Below, piece after piece: positions 8,198 through 18,800 of a stretch of 64,000 nucleotides of DNA. A program made the position numbers and the translations under genes. Position 1 is the stretch's first letter, and every line of letters begins with the position of its first letter. Source of the DNA: a virus (taxonomy: Duplodnaviria > Caudoviricetes); IMG/VR virus record IMGVR_UViG_2823592041_000002, positions 32,001 to 96,000 of that record; one strand, written 5' to 3'. The notes below the pieces were generated by a model. The model was given only the letters and a program-made list of their open reading frames with translations. It did not search any database and was not told the DNA's origin.

Positions 8198-10033
8198 ATG
8201 TCAAATATTAAAGTAACAGATTTAGATTTTGATATCTTAAAAGAAAATTTAAAAGATTTTTTAAGAGGTCAAGAAGAGTTTCAAGATTATGATTTTGATG
8301 GGAGTGGGTTACAAATATTACTTGACATACTTTCAGCAAATACACACTACAATGCAATTTACCAAAATATGGTTGCGAATGAGATGTTCTTGGACTCAGC
8401 TGTTTTAAGAGAGAGTGTAGTTTCTAGGTCAAAAGCATTAGGGTATACACCAAGTTCAATTAAGTCTGCACAGGTTGAGGTAACTTTAAGTGTTGTTGAG
8501 AAAGATATTTATGAAGACCAACCATCAAGTGTTGCCCTACCTCAGTACTCCAACTTTTCCGCTTCAAAAGATGGGGTAACATACATCTTTCAAAACCTTA
8601 TAGGTCAAACGCTGGCCGATTCTGAGGAAACAGATTCTGGTGGTAGAAAGATATATTCAGGGACATTTACAATCAATCAAGGTATTATGGTTGAACAAAA
8701 TTTTGAAGTTAAATTTCAAGAAGACCCGAATCAAAGATATGTTCTTGATAATCTTAACATTGACATATCAACCTTAATTGTTCGTGTTAAACAAAATCCT
8801 CAAGATTCGAATGCTACTTATGATGTATCAACCTTAGCTGAAAATGTTGTCGAACTTGGACCAAATGATAATGTCTATTGGGTGAATGAAAATGAGTCTG
8901 GTAAGTATGAATTGTTTTTTGGTAATGGTAGAATTGGTAAAAAGTTGTCAGATGGTACACTTATAAAAATTCAGTACTTAACAACATCTGGCCCTATAGG
9001 TAATAATATAGATACTGGATTTACTTTTTCTGATGTAATCAATACATCCACATCGAGTTATGAACTTAAATCCATATCAAGAACTTCATCATCATTTGGA
9101 GGAGCAGAGAAAGAATCCTTGGAGGAAATAAGATTTACTTCACCCAAGTATTACGAAATGCAGAACAGGTCTGTTACAGCACTAGATTACAAATATCTAG
9201 TTCAAAAGAAGTATCAAAATATTGAAAGTATCAAAACTTGGGGTGGGGAAGATAATGATCCAGTATACTATGGTAGGGTGTTCATTTCACTGAAACCAAA
9301 AACGGGGTTCTTCATAACCGATACTGCTAAAAAGAGTATCGTGAATGATATTGTTAAAGATTATAATGTGGTCACTATCGATGCTGAAATAGTGGAACCT
9401 GAATACACCTTCATAGAACTTACAACAGAGGTTAAGTACAACCTTAGAGAAGTTCCCCAAGGTGAAGAGTATGTTAAAAGTTTGGTTCTAAGTTCAATAC
9501 AAAACTTCAATCAAAATAACCTTGGTAAGTTTGACTCATACTTTCGGTTTTCAAGATTGATCTCAACCATTGATGACTCATCCGATGCAATAAAATCGAA
9601 CATATCAACAGTTAAAATAAAAAACAGATTGATTCCAAATTTGGGTATATCATCATCCTATGTTAGTAGGTTTAATGCAGAAGTGAGTCCTGGAACTCTA
9701 TCCAGTTCAAACTTCACTTATGAGGGTATCACCAAATGCTTACTAGAAGATGATTCACTTGGGAACATAAATGTGGTTAGTTTTTCTGGTAATGTTAAAT
9801 TGTCAGTTAAATCAAACATTGGTACGGTTGACTACAATAAAGGTTCCATATCATTAAATGGTTTTTCACCAACAGAGATAACAAACGGTGATGATTATAT
9901 TAATTTAATATTAACCCCTAAGAGTTCAGACTTATCACCTTTAAGGAATCAGATATTGGAAATAGATTCGGAATCTATAAATATTAGTATGAATAATATA
10001 TCGGAACAATTTTTAACTCAAAATGAATTTTAA
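8198..10033 (+). CDS. gp6: Baseplate wedge subunit gp6
   Basis: LDFD.LKENLK.FL...EFQDYDFDGSGL..LLD.L..NTHY, NEMFLDSA and QNRSVT..DY motifs. Confidence 0.95.
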   Translation: MSNIKVTDLDFDILKENLKDFLRGQEEFQDYDFDGSGLQILLDILSANTHYNAIYQNMVANEMFLDSAVLRESVVSRSKALGYTPSSIKSAQVEVTLSVVEKDIYEDQPSSVALPQYSNFSASKDGVTYIFQNLIGQTLADSEETDSGGRKIYSGTFTINQGIMVEQNFEVKFQEDPNQRYVLDNLNIDISTLIVRVKQNPQDSNATYDVSTLAENVVELGPNDNVYWVNENESGKYELFFGNGRIGKKLSDGTLIKIQYLTTSGPIGNNIDTGFTFSDVINTSTSSYELKSISRTSSSFGGAEKESLEEIRFTSPKYYEMQNRSVTALDYKYLVQKKYQNIESIKTWGGEDNDPVYYGRVFISLKPKTGFFITDTAKKSIVNDIVKDYNVVTIDAEIVEPEYTFIELTTEVKYNLREVPQGEEYVKSLVLSSIQNFNQNNLGKFDSYFRFSRLISTIDDSSDAIKSNISTVKIKNRLIPNLGISSSYVSRFNAEVSPGTLSSSNFTYEGITKCLLEDDSLGNINVVSFSGNVKLSVKSNIGTVDYNKGSISLNGFSPTEITNGDDYINLILTPKSSDLSPLRNQILEIDSESINISMNNISEQFLTQNEF

Positions 10034-10035
10034 AG

Positions 10036-13000
10036 ATGGAATATCAAAATAATAAAATATCTGAACTAATAGAGTCTCAACTTCCTAATTTTTTACAGGA
10101 GGATGGCCCAAAATTTGTTAAATTCGTAGAAAAATACTATGAATTTATGGAGACATCAAAATTAGAAGTTTCTTCTACTGAAGAGTTGAATTTAATTTTC
10201 TCTTCTAATACACCGAGTGTTAAAATAAGAGCAAGTCAACAAATAGATGGGTCTGAACACACTAAACATGTTTATGCTGAAGTTCTCAATTCCTACCTTT
10301 TGGAAAATGGTAACTATGTTTTTTATATAAAAGAAAACAATGAGCAAATCCAAGTTTTAAGTGTTTCCGATTCAGATGTACATCCATCACTAAACCCAAA
10401 TGTTGGAATTTTTAATATTGGAGATATTGTATCTCAGGAACAACCTGACAATAAAATCGTTAAAGGTAAGGTGTTACACTTATCAAATAAAACAGTCACT
10501 GTAAAAGAAACTGTTGACGGCCAAGAGGTTGATGTTGACTACACTTTTATTGATAAAGTAGTTGTATTGAATAATTTTACACCCGAAAAAGAATATTTTG
10601 GCATTTTCGATGTAACTAATACAGGAAATGACACTTTTAATTTAGGGAATGGGTCAAGTTCAACTCCAATATTTGATGTCAACTCTCAAGACTCCACATC
10701 AACAAGGGGTTTTTTATCTGGTGATTCAGTTGAAATCCTTACAGGCGACAATGGGTATACTGGTCAATTAGAGGTTATTGATTATATTCAGAATGCAACT
10801 TTGTCATCAAAAAATCTATGGAATTTGCAAGATATTGACAGAACTCTTGATGATTATGTTGATTTCTTTATGAAGGAATATCTAGAAGGGTTTCCATTAA
10901 CATTTCCTAACGAATTTCAAAGTACTGATATTGATGTCGCTGAATTCAAAAAGTTTTTAGTCAAACATTCTAGAGAATTTTATCAGTCAAAAGGGACAGA
11001 GGATTCTTTTAAATACTTTTTTAGAACAATTTTCAATGAAGATGTTAAAGTGAGTTATCCAAAAGATAATGTTTTAAAACCATCTGATAACACCTTTTCG
11101 AAATCAAAAACTATATTAATAAAACCATCCGATGTAACAATTGTTCCGGAAATTGCTTCTCAAAAAATAGTTGGCCAAAGTTCTGGTGTGAGTGCTTATG
11201 TTGAAACTATATCAAGCACCAAAAGAGGTGGATATTTTGTATATGAGATTGCCCTGAATGAATATGGCATTTCCGGTGATTTCTTCGAAGATGAAGATGT
11301 ATACTTGGAAAGTGACCCTTCAACAATTATAGGTACAATTTATTATGGGGTTTCAAGTGTTTCAATTAATGATGTTGAAGAATCCTTCACAGTAGGTGAT
11401 ATTTTTTATATAGACAGATCTGGTGAAGTTATAGATTACACGGATATTCAAAATATAGATAGGGGAGCCCTTATAGAATTGGATGTTTGTAGTGTAAATT
11501 CTGGTAAGATAACTGACATTGAAGTTGTTAATGGTGGTATTGGGTACAGTGTTGGTGATAAGTTGGTATTTGATAATACAAAATGTCTTTCCCCAACTGG
11601 TCCAATTAGACCAATAGAAGCAGTTGTATCTGAGATAACTGAATTTGGCTATTCTATTAATAATCCAAATTTTGATAACAACATAGATGATTGGCAAGAG
11701 GAAATTGCCGGCCAGTATGGTGAAACAGAATGGTCAAATTCGTTTGGTGGAACTTTAAAATTAATTTCATTTCCACCTTTCTATTCGGGGGTATCTCAAC
11801 CAATTAATTATGATTTTTCGGATTTGGAAGGTTTTAAATTAAAATTAAGAGTTAATGTAAAATCTTATACTGGTGAAAGATATCTTAGAATTGGGGTATA
11901 CGATGATTCAACTTCATCTTGGGTTGGTGTTCAATCTTTTCTTGTTGACGGTGTTGGTGAGTATGAAGTTGAATTTGAACCAAGTCAATCTAACAATTTT
12001 TTAATTAATTCATCTATCAAAATATCTTGGGGTGGTCAACCACCTATAGAAGATTTATCATATAAATCTATTTATATAGATGATGTTAGAATAGTTGCTC
12101 CTAATGGTATTGCTATTGAAAATGGTGTTGGGTTAATAAGTAAAATAAATGTTCGTTGTGATGGTAAAGGGTATATTAAGTATCCAACTTTAACGCAAAT
12201 AGGTGATCATAATATAACTTCCGAATCTTTTAATTTAATTGGGAATGATGTTGGAACTCTAAAACAAGTTAAAATCAGAAAAACAGGTATTGGGTATAAA
12301 AGAAGTAAAGTTGAACATTATCTTGAAGATTGGGAAGGTACACAATCAAGTCTGGTTTTGGATAAGACGCAAATAGGTATTGAATTACCTTATCTTAACC
12401 TAAAGATAACAACCCCAAGTGGAGATTTTACAGTTGGTGAAATAGTAAACCACCAAACTCTTGATGGGACTGGTAAAGTTGTATCTTGGGACTCTGGAAC
12501 TGGTATTTTAGTTTTAAGAGAGTATAGTGGTGTTTTTATTAGTGATGGTGATGATATTATTGAAGGTGATGGTTCATCTGAAACAGGAACTGTGGGTACT
12601 GCATCATACAATAAAACCAAATTTAAAATTGGAAACGGCGGGACTGATGTTTGGGCAGATCTAAATTATTCAGTAGCATCTTGGTATGATAGTATATTAA
12701 ACCAACCTTATAACATAAGTCTGGATTTGAATTCCAGTGGAACTGATGATATTGAATTAAATTTTGGTTCCATATTTGATGATGGTGGTAGATTCTTAAA
12801 CAACAACAGTTTTATTTCAGATGTAAAATATATACAAGATTCTTTCTACTATCAAGTTTACTCTTACTTGTTGGAATCTTCTGTTGAGGTTAGAAAGTAT
12901 AGAGACTTACTGAAAAGACTTATTCATCCAGCTGGTATGAATATGTTTGGTAGAATCTCAACTGAAACTGTCAAACAAGTTAAAATGTCTTTCTCCCAAA

Positions 13001-14076
13001 TAAAGACAAATGTTTCAATGGTTATATGGGATTATATTGGCAAACACTCTAATAAACTCATTAGGGATTTTGATTTTTTATATAGTTTGTTGATTCTGGA
13101 TGGTGATGACAGTTCCCCTTATAATTTAGAATTGCAAATGAGTTACACATCTGGTAACTTTGAAGTTGGACAGGGTGTTCAAAATTTCTCTCAAACTCTA
13201 TCAGGGATTTCTAGAATTAGTACAATTGGTGGGGGAAGTTATGATTGTTTAATAGGAGAACAAGGTTCTGGAACTTCATATACAACAGAATTGAAAGTTG
13301 GGGATTTGATAAAAGTTAAGAATAATTGGCCAAGTAGCTACACAACCATACATAAAGTGACTCAAGTGCTTAGTGATAGTGTTGTAAAATTCACACCCTC
13401 CACTGCGTATAACATTAACCAAACAGTTGATGTCACATCAACTAAAGCAAAAGCAAAAGTTAAATCATGGGATAGTGATAATCAAATATTAACATTGGAA
13501 GATATTGTTGGTGATTTTTCAATTTCTACTTGGATACTTCAAGATTTCGATGAAACAAGTTGGAATCCAAATATTTTTTCTTATACTGTTTCGGAATCAA
13601 CACAAGATTTTATTGAAACAGAAGTTGATGGGAGTGATTCTGGTGTCTTGATTCCACAAATATATTATCATGGTTCATATGCTTGTGATTACTTGTACAA
13701 TGAAAATACACATCAAAATTATAGATTTAAAATAAAATATAAGAATTTAAGACCAGGAACACCAAAGAATAATGACTTTTATGATCATAAAATACTAACA
13801 GGAACTGTATCAATTCCACATGATTCTAATTGTGATGGAACTCTCCAATTTTTTACATTAACTGGGGTGGGTACAGATTTTCAAAGTGAATTAATCGTGG
13901 GTGACATGATATCTGTTTTATCAACTCATGCAGACCCAGATAAAAACATTTACCAATTGTTTAAAGTGGTTAGTATAAATAGTAATACAGAATTGATAGT
14001 AAATATTCGTCATACTGACTCAAATTACACAATTTCCAATTCAGAGTTCTTAAAAAGGGAATTAATAGGCGACTAA
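10036..14076 (+). CDS. gp7: Baseplate wedge initiator (gp7-like) with several inserted domains
   Basis: IESQLPNF...FVKFVEKYYEFME, FYQSKGTEDSFKYFFR.IFNE, IQDSFYYQVYSY and LIHPAG motifs; lies between gp6 and gp8. Confidence 0.75.
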   Translation: MEYQNNKISELIESQLPNFLQEDGPKFVKFVEKYYEFMETSKLEVSSTEELNLIFSSNTPSVKIRASQQIDGSEHTKHVYAEVLNSYLLENGNYVFYIKENNEQIQVLSVSDSDVHPSLNPNVGIFNIGDIVSQEQPDNKIVKGKVLHLSNKTVTVKETVDGQEVDVDYTFIDKVVVLNNFTPEKEYFGIFDVTNTGNDTFNLGNGSSSTPIFDVNSQDSTSTRGFLSGDSVEILTGDNGYTGQLEVIDYIQNATLSSKNLWNLQDIDRTLDDYVDFFMKEYLEGFPLTFPNEFQSTDIDVAEFKKFLVKHSREFYQSKGTEDSFKYFFRTIFNEDVKVSYPKDNVLKPSDNTFSKSKTILIKPSDVTIVPEIASQKIVGQSSGVSAYVETISSTKRGGYFVYEIALNEYGISGDFFEDEDVYLESDPSTIIGTIYYGVSSVSINDVEESFTVGDIFYIDRSGEVIDYTDIQNIDRGALIELDVCSVNSGKITDIEVVNGGIGYSVGDKLVFDNTKCLSPTGPIRPIEAVVSEITEFGYSINNPNFDNNIDDWQEEIAGQYGETEWSNSFGGTLKLISFPPFYSGVSQPINYDFSDLEGFKLKLRVNVKSYTGERYLRIGVYDDSTSSWVGVQSFLVDGVGEYEVEFEPSQSNNFLINSSIKISWGGQPPIEDLSYKSIYIDDVRIVAPNGIAIENGVGLISKINVRCDGKGYIKYPTLTQIGDHNITSESFNLIGNDVGTLKQVKIRKTGIGYKRSKVEHYLEDWEGTQSSLVLDKTQIGIELPYLNLKITTPSGDFTVGEIVNHQTLDGTGKVVSWDSGTGILVLREYSGVFISDGDDIIEGDGSSETGTVGTASYNKTKFKIGNGGTDVWADLNYSVASWYDSILNQPYNISLDLNSSGTDDIELNFGSIFDDGGRFLNNNSFISDVKYIQDSFYYQVYSYLLESSVEVRKYRDLLKRLIHPAGMNMFGRISTETVKQVKMSFSQIKTNVSMVIWDYIGKHSNKLIRDFDFLYSLLILDGDDSSPYNLELQMSYTSGNFEVGQGVQNFSQTLSGISRISTIGGGSYDCLIGEQGSGTSYTTELKVGDLIKVKNNWPSSYTTIHKVTQVLSDSVVKFTPSTAYNINQTVDVTSTKAKAKVKSWDSDNQILTLEDIVGDFSISTWILQDFDETSWNPNIFSYTVSESTQDFIETEVDGSDSGVLIPQIYYHGSYACDYLYNENTHQNYRFKIKYKNLRPGTPKNNDFYDHKILTGTVSIPHDSNCDGTLQFFTLTGVGTDFQSELIVGDMISVLSTHADPDKNIYQLFKVVSINSNTELIVNIRHTDSNYTISNSEFLKRELIGD

Positions 14077-14095
14077 ATACATTAGTGAGGATAAA

Positions 14096-15796
14096 ATGTC
14101 TAGTGTTTTAACAAATAAATTCAGAATACATAATGCTAAATCTTTTGTAGAAGGTTTTAGTGAAGCGGAACCAACTAATATTTATACTGCCATAGGGAAA
14201 GTTTCAGAATGGTCCAGTGATGATATATACTCTGGTGCTAATGAAACAACTGAGGAACAAAATCCACCAACTCCATTAGATCATACTCAGAACGAATATG
14301 AGGTTTGGAGAAATATGTTTGCAGCTAAAAAAATTAAATCCACCGATATAACACATGTTATACCGAAGGTTGATTGGGAATCAGGTAAAAGATATTCACA
14401 GTATGGTGATTTGGATGACTCTTTATTATATGATGTTATCAATAGTGACACACCAAAACCTTTTTATGTTGTGACAGATGACTTCAATGTATATAAATGT
14501 TTATTTAATAACAATATAGAATCGAACGATAAACCCATACACACTAGTACAACCCCACAACCATATCCAGATGGGTATATTTGGCAATACATGTATACAA
14601 TTTCTGCCAGTTCTGCATTTAAATTTATGACGGAAAACTTTATCCCAATTCAAACTTTAGATGTAGAACCCGTTGGCGCTGGGAATTGTTCATCTACAAA
14701 CTTACAGTGGAATGTTCAAAATGAGGCCAAAACCTTTGGCCAAGGGAGAATTGATGTAATATCCAGAAGATATGCCTCTGCTGATAGTTCTGGTGATGGT
14801 TATGTTTTTACATCTGCGGTTATATCATCAATATCTAATGTTACTGATGATCCAACTGACGGTGATTTGACAACAATCACTATTACAACTACCTTAAATA
14901 TGTCCAATGGCTATTACGATGGTATGACAGTTTTCAGTCCATCCAGTAGTAAAGCTTTTGTAATAAAGGGTTATACACAAGCAACTGGTGGAGATCAGAT
15001 AGAAGTTTATGGTAATTCCACAGGTCTAACTGGAACCATTCAAATACTCCCAACAGTTGTTGTTGATGGTGACGGAACAGGTGTTCAAGCGGTTCCAGTT
15101 ATGGGTGCTTCTGACAATGCTTCCGATGAGAATCAAATTGATAGTGTTTTAGTATTAAATGGTGGTTCTGGATACACTACCGCAACTGTAAGTTTTGTGA
15201 ATGCTAGTACTGCCACCACCGTAGACGCAAAGTTTGATGTCATTATACCACCAATTGGAGGTCACGGTAGTGATGCTGTCGAAGAACTGGGTGGTTTCTT
15301 TGTTATGATTAATACTAAATTTGAATATAATGAGTCGACAACTGGTAAGAATTTACCTGTTGCAAATGATTACAGACAAATTAGTTTAATTAGACAACCA
15401 AAACTCAATGAAGGTCCAGATTATCTAGATGCGTCATCCGACCTATATATACAGTGTAAAACCTTGATTATTGATACTGGACAAATAGACGATGAAACGA
15501 CTTTTGCCATTGATGAAACTATAACTCAATCTGGGACAAATGCAACTGGAATAATTGTAGATGTTTTAGATGGTGACAATAGTACGAAAGAAATAAGACT
15601 AGTAAATGTTACAGGGACTTTCAACTTAACAAATAGGATAGAAATGTCAACAGGCCTTGGTGCAGATTTAATTTCTAGTATAGTTGATGAAGAATTATTA
15701 AAAAATTCTGGGGATGTTATGTTTGTTGAACAAAGAAGTGGCATTACGAGGAATGAAAATCAAATTGAAGATATAAAAATAGTACTTGAATTCTAG
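14096..15796 (+). CDS. gp8: Baseplate wedge subunit gp8
   Basis: FRIHNA..F, YVVTDDFNVYKCL.N, DGYIWQYMYTI, GGHGSDAVEELG and QIEDIKIVLEF; CTAAATA promoter at 14073-14079. Confidence 0.9.
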   Translation: MSSVLTNKFRIHNAKSFVEGFSEAEPTNIYTAIGKVSEWSSDDIYSGANETTEEQNPPTPLDHTQNEYEVWRNMFAAKKIKSTDITHVIPKVDWESGKRYSQYGDLDDSLLYDVINSDTPKPFYVVTDDFNVYKCLFNNNIESNDKPIHTSTTPQPYPDGYIWQYMYTISASSAFKFMTENFIPIQTLDVEPVGAGNCSSTNLQWNVQNEAKTFGQGRIDVISRRYASADSSGDGYVFTSAVISSISNVTDDPTDGDLTTITITTTLNMSNGYYDGMTVFSPSSSKAFVIKGYTQATGGDQIEVYGNSTGLTGTIQILPTVVVDGDGTGVQAVPVMGASDNASDENQIDSVLVLNGGSGYTTATVSFVNASTATTVDAKFDVIIPPIGGHGSDAVEELGGFFVMINTKFEYNESTTGKNLPVANDYRQISLIRQPKLNEGPDYLDASSDLYIQCKTLIIDTGQIDDETTFAIDETITQSGTNATGIIVDVLDGDNSTKEIRLVNVTGTFNLTNRIEMSTGLGADLISSIVDEELLKNSGDVMFVEQRSGITRNENQIEDIKIVLEF

Positions 15797-15804
15797 TATA
15801 AATA
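15797..15804 (+). promoter_or_regulatory. Late promoter TATAAATA
   Basis: Exact consensus upstream of the 1849-aa structural gene. Confidence 0.75.
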
Positions 15805-15834
15805 GTATTATAATATAAAGTAAGAGGTTTATAT

Positions 15835-18800
15835 ATGGCTAAATATGAAACTAGAAAATTATTAACAGATTTTAATACTAGACCGTACCATGATGATTTT
15901 GATGTAGACAAAAATTTCCTTAAAGTTCTTTTCAAACCTGGAACTGCACTACAAGCAAGAGAGATTACACAACTCCAAACAATCCTAAGTGAACAAATCC
16001 ATAGATTCGGTAATCATATATTTCAAGATGGTTCACCAATCAGAAATGGTACTTTCAACGTTGATGTAAATGTAAAATATATAAAATTAAAAGATCAATC
16101 TGCTGGTGTGGATGTATCTTCTTTTATTAGTGAACTTGAAGGTAGAACTTTGGTTAATAATGAAGGTTCTGAACCAATCATATTTGAAGTTAAGAAAGCT
16201 ATCCCAAAAACTGCAACTGAACCAAATACTATCATAGGTTCTTATAAATCTGGAAGTGTTGAAATTGCAGGAGAGGAAACCCCACTGACGACTCAATCAG
16301 TTCAAGGTAAATTAAATAGAACTGTTGAAGTTGTTAAGAGGGGTGAAGATGGTATAGCATTAGATGCTGAAATAACAGGACCATCCTCCTTAGCGTCTGT
16401 AGTTGGAGATGCTTCCAAATTTATAGACAGTTATGATCCTAATGACCCAGAACACTCGGCAATATTCTATATCTCAGGTTTTTTTCATAGAGTGAAACCT
16501 CAAACTATTGTATTAGATAAGTATGGAAACACCCCAACTTATAGAATTGGGTTGGAAGTTGATGAAAGTATTGTAACTCCTGCGGATGATGCTTCACTTT
16601 ATGACAATGCTCAAGGGTCTTCAAACTTTTCAGCCCCAGGAGCAGATAGATTTAAAATTTCATTAAATTTAACTAAAAAAGAATTACAGGATAGTTCAAA
16701 TTTAATAGATAATAATTCTTGTGACTTTTATGAATTTGTTAGAGTTAGAAATGGTCAAAAAGTAGATCAGATAAAAAATGCTCAATATGCTTACTTGGCA
16801 GAAGAAATGGCTCGTAGGACATATGATGCTAATGGTGATTTTGTTGTTAGAAACTTCACACTAGATATTGATGAATATAGTCAATCAGAAGTTGATGCTG
16901 CTGCCTTATTAAACCCTCCTGTGGATTTAACTGAAAAGTTAAAACTTACATTAGACCCTGGAAAAGCATATGTTCATGGTAGAGAGATTGAAACAATTTC
17001 GACAGTAACTCTTCCAGTAGATAGAGGTAGAGATGAATCTAGGGTCGAATCAGAAAATATAAGTACTTTTGTCGGTAATTACGTTTATGTTGATTTTCCA
17101 GCACAGTTGTTGACTGGTGAAGAATTCCCAACTATCAACTCAAATGAAAAATTGGAAGTCTTTAACAGAGGTGAAGAACATATAGGATCATGCAGAATAA
17201 AACAATTGAGTTACGATTCTGAAGGATATAAATTATCATTTTTTGACTTAAATTTAACATCTGGTTCATCGAAAGATATTAAATCTTTTAGAATTTCGGA
17301 CACCTCTACTGAGGTTGTTTTGGAGGTTTCAGATAAAAGTGAAGTTGCAGGTGGTACAGTAGTTTCACAACAATCAAGAAGCACTTTGTTATTCCCTATT
17401 TCAAAATCTTCTTTATCTGATGTGGAAAATGTTTCTCTTTTATATAATAAATCTGTTATTGCAAATGCATCAAACGATGGAAATAATAATTCATTATTAT
17501 CAATAAGTGTAAATGACCCTGTTCAATTTTTAGGGACAGGTACTTTTATTTATAGTTCTCCAGTGGAACTAGAATTTAATAGAAGTAACTTTATTATTAT
17601 TGATAAGCTTACTGGTGAAAATTACGACACCTTTAGTGTAAATTTTGTTTCCAATGGTCAAGCCAATATAACAATTCCTAATAAGAATTTGGGTGGTCGG
17701 GAATTGAGAGTATTATATAAAGTTCAAACAACAATTCAGAATTCAAAAACAAAAACAAAAACTGCTGACACGATTGTAATTGATAATACTGACCAAATTG
17801 TAATTGATGATGATACTGGCCAAACCAGATTAGATGGTATGAAAATAGTTGGTAAAACAGTTCCTCTTAATGGGTATCCTGATGTTATCAAAATAGTTTC
17901 AATAAAGGGTAGTGATAATGTTGATATAAAAGATCGGTATGAATTTGATAATGGTCAAAGAGATTCTTTCTATGATTATGCTTCATTAAAATTAAAATCA
18001 GGTGTGGTTGTACCCGATTCCAATAGTTTTACTATAGAATTGGAATATTTTCAACACCCTACATCTGGTGAGGGATTTTTCTCGAAAGATTCTTATTCTG
18101 ATGTAGATTATGAAGACATTCCAAATTATTTTTCGAAAAATACTGGTAAATCTTATAGTTTAACAGATGTTATTGACTTTAGACCTACAAGAGATGCTAA
18201 TGATAATATTGCAGGTAGTTTAATACCTTATGGATCAGTAACAGATTTCTTGGAAATTACTTACAAATATTTCTTACCAAGAATTGATAAAGTTGTTGTG
18301 ACGAAAGATAAAGAGTTTAGAGTTATAAAAGGGACATCTTCTGATTTTCCAGTAACACCACCTGATGATCCTAATGCTATGTCTCTATATATTATTACGG
18401 TTCCTCCATACACTTATAATGACAATGATTTAAAAGTTATTCCTATCCATAACAGAAGATATACAATGAGAGATATTGGTATTTTGGATAGAAGAATTGA
18501 GGAACTACAGGCAAGGTCTAATTTAAGACTTTTACAGGAAAAATCTAAGAGTGTCCAGATTAGAAATAATAATGGTGTTGATATATTCAAGAATGGTATA
18601 CTCATTGATGATTTTTCTGGACACAGTATTGGTGATACAAATTCTTCAGATTATAGATGTTCAATAGATTTTGAAACAAATGAATTGAGACCTTCATTCT
18701 ATAGTGATTCACACGAAATTTCTTTTGATTCTTCGGATTCAAATAATATCAACATGGTTAAGGTTGGTCCTTTATTATTGTTGGAACATACAGAAGTTTT

